This document shows positions 62,261 through 64,000 of a stretch of 64,000 nucleotides of DNA, piece after piece; position 1 is the stretch's first letter, and every line of letters begins with the position of its first letter. The notes beneath the pieces were generated by a model. It made no database searches. It was not told the origin of the DNA and saw only the letters and a program-made list of their open reading frames with translations. A program made the position numbers and the translations under genes. Where the stretch lies: positions 31,529-95,528 of the forward strand of contig CAZYPC010000001.1 of assembly GCA_964649165.1 (NCBI GenBank), given 5' to 3'. Source of the stretch: an uncultured Chryseobacterium sp. (GTDB lineage Bacteria; Bacteroidota; Bacteroidia; Flavobacteriales_F; PHOS-HE28).

Positions 62261-64000
62261 TCAAGATAGGTCGGTTTCGGACTCCTTCACGACCGCCTTC
62301 CTCTTCCCACTCCCCTCCACTATAGCTATCTCCTCCTCCGTAAGCCCATACAGCCCATACACCACCTGGTCTATCTCCTGCTCCACCGCCAAGGCCGCAG
62401 GCCCAGCCTCCATCCCCAGCCGCTTCTTGACCAACCGGACTAGTTTGGAGTCACGCGCCGCATTTGGCTTCGGAAGTGGCAACTGAGCAACAGATCTGGC
62501 TTGAATCTCACTGAACACCTTCTTTGTTGACTTAAGGAAGGTCGAGTAGTAGTAGTTCCACAGCTTCGAATTGAACAAGGCTAGAACCCATTCTGGTTGG
62601 CGTTCGACATCCTCATTCAAGTTGATCGCCACTAGGGTGTTCAGGGCATAGTACTGCTGTTCGTCGATGGCAGCCATTAGACTGGATGACACCCTGCGGA
62701 AGAAAATCTTCTTCGCGGAAAGAAAGATGTCCTCTCGCTTACAACTATGAATCGCCTCTACATCGTAGCGCAGGTAGTTTCCTGCCCACGAGATGCCGTA
62801 ACGATGAACCTCACGACCATCAAGCACGGGCTTGTAGTTCTTACCCTTCGCCTTCTCAAAGAGATGTGCTGCGCGATCACCCTTAAGTGCTATGGCTTGA
62901 TTGATTGAGCTTATCTCACCAAGCGTGCCCGAAGAACGGTCGTCGATTGATTTCTTAAGGTCCCGACCAGCGCTGTCCTGCAACACAGAGAATCGCAGTA
63001 GGTCGTCGTTGGCGAATTCACTTCTGGGTGTCGTGGTGGTCGTCCATTGGTAGTCGCCGGAGAATGCCGTGACCTTTAGCGATTCGGTTGGCTCTTTGAC
63101 TCGCTCGAGGAATAAGGACACGGTTTCCACAACGGCATCTTCAAATGGGAGCTTTTCATACGTCACTATTTCAGAGACTTGGGTGTGCTCCAGAATGAAC
63201 TTGCGTAGCTGGTGATAATACTCTTGCGTGAGGATTGTGTTGGGAACGATATATGACAGCACTCCTCCGGTGGCAAGCAGACGAGCACCACTCTCGATGA
63301 AGAAACCGAACGTGTTCATCCTACCCATGGACGAACTATAGTTGGCAAGCAGGTACTTCCGCTGTGCGCTGTCGAACCAGTCATACATCGCCAGTTGAAC
63401 GTACGGTGGATTGCCAATAACCACGCTAAATCCGCTACTGAGCCCATACATCCACTCCGGATCGAAGAAGGGCGCGCTGGCGTTCTGGTCGTAGGGGTCC
63501 CAAGCGGCCAGCATGCGTGCGGTCTTGGGCTGTAGCTCATGGTCCTGCACCAGCAGCTCGGCCAGTTGTTCGCGCAGCACCTTGTCCTGCTGGCGGCACT
63601 TCTCCTTGCGCTGCGGGGTGCGCGCCTCGAAGTAGTCATGCCGCACGCGCTTCAGCTGCGTCTTCTTCTGCTCGATGGCCGGGTTGGTGAACAGGTTGTC
63701 GTGTTCCTTCTCCAATTTCATGAGCGTATTGGCCGCCACGAACTTGGTCTCCAAATTGGGCAGGGCGCGCACGCCGCGGTTGGGCCGCGCGTCTGCCACG
63801 CGCTGGTCCACCACCAAGCTGATGAAGAAGCGCAATTTGGCGATCTGCATGGCGATGGGCTGGATGTCCACGCCGTAGATGCCGTTCTCGATCAGGTAGA
63901 GCTTGCGGCCGTAGTCCAGCGCATTGTGCTCAAAGGCATCCTCGATGTCGGCGACGGTGCGCTCTCGGATATCGGCATCGTCCAACTGTGCGGCCTTTTC
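62261..64000 (-). CDS. Eco57I/PglX-like N6-adenine DNA methyltransferase (COG1002 type), N-terminus outside window
   Basis: The frame stays open to base 64000; the listed M at 63985 is a TTG. YGVDIQPIAMQIAKLRFFISLVVDQ, catalytic VIGNPPYVQL, a TaqI-like C-terminal specificity region, and the typical tail VVYGLYGLTEEEIAIVEG. Confidence 0.85.
   Translation of the reverse strand, partial: EKAAQLDDADIRERTVADIEDAFEHNALDYGRKLYLIENGIYGVDIQPIAMQIAKLRFFISLVVDQRVADARPNRGVRALPNLETKFVAANTLMKLEKEHDNLFTNPAIEQKKTQLKRVRHDYFEARTPQRKEKCRQQDKVLREQLAELLVQDHELQPKTARMLAAWDPYDQNASAPFFDPEWMYGLSSGFSVVIGNPPYVQLAMYDWFDSAQRKYLLANYSSSMGRMNTFGFFIESGARLLATGGVLSYIVPNTILTQEYYHQLRKFILEHTQVSEIVTYEKLPFEDAVVETVSLFLERVKEPTESLKVTAFSGDYQWTTTTTPRSEFANDDLLRFSVLQDSAGRDLKKSIDDRSSGTLGEISSINQAIALKGDRAAHLFEKAKGKNYKPVLDGREVHRYGISWAGNYLRYDVEAIHSCKREDIFLSAKKIFFRRVSSSLMAAIDEQQYYALNTLVAINLNEDVERQPEWVLALFNSKLWNYYYSTFLKSTKKVFSEIQARSVAQLPLPKPNAARDSKLVRLVKKRLGMEAGPAALAVEQEIDQVVYGLYGLTEEEIAIVEGSGKRKAVVKESETDLS

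Noticed and set aside
56431-64000. Interpreting the island as a classical Type I/III restriction-modification or BREX/DISARM locus
   Set aside because: There is no HsdS/HsdR, Res, PglZ, BrxC/L, DrmB (DUF1998) or SNF2-type gene in the visible part. The helicase is SF1 Upf1-like rather than SF2. A Type IIG enzyme for the methyltransferase alone cannot be excluded, because its N-terminus lies outside the window.

Overview
High-GC chromosomal segment from a Bacteroidota-type organism. The lineage call rests on nine ORFs ending in T9SS C-terminal sorting domains (CTDs), a PorZ-like propeller protein, a DUF4175 protein and a T6SS-iii-type TssD/Hcp-like gene. The ORF track shows alternative start codons (GTG/TTG) as M, and many listed ORFs carry spurious 5' extensions. 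I re-set starts wherever a signal peptide or a conserved N-terminus made this clear.

- **1-27 kb, conserved/housekeeping genes:** gatA (3' part), LysM lytic transglycosylase, oligopeptidase B, recO, PorZ-like protein, tRNA-Cys, folB, gltX, pirin + nitroreductase, DUF3179, TfoX-like, DUF2339/DUF3999/PKD trio, DUF4175-HATPase-ybeY.
- **28-56 kb, accessory secretome region:** large T9SS cargo proteins (beta-helix, PKD, RCC1 and propeller-like repeats), an LRR protein, a MopE-like Cys-rich repeat protein, two S9-family and PAP2-type enzymes, and an orphan TssD. It also holds several oddities: a 122-bp tandem repeat that re-copies the 3' end of a tiny lipoprotein gene, a CTD-only gene fragment, and a 12-Cys CxC-rich micro-ORF.
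- **56.4-64.0 kb, best candidate for an undescribed system:** a tight co-directional minus-strand cluster running off the window. In order it encodes an Eco57I/PglX-like N6-adenine methyltransferase, a minimal nucleotidyltransferase-like protein, a 318-aa unknown, a GIY-YIG nuclease, a small restriction-endonuclease-like protein, a Upf1-like SF1 helicase and a DUF429 RNase-H-like protein. Its base composition differs from the rest of the window. It matches no canonical defence-system architecture I know.

No rRNA, CRISPR array, transposase or integrase was seen.
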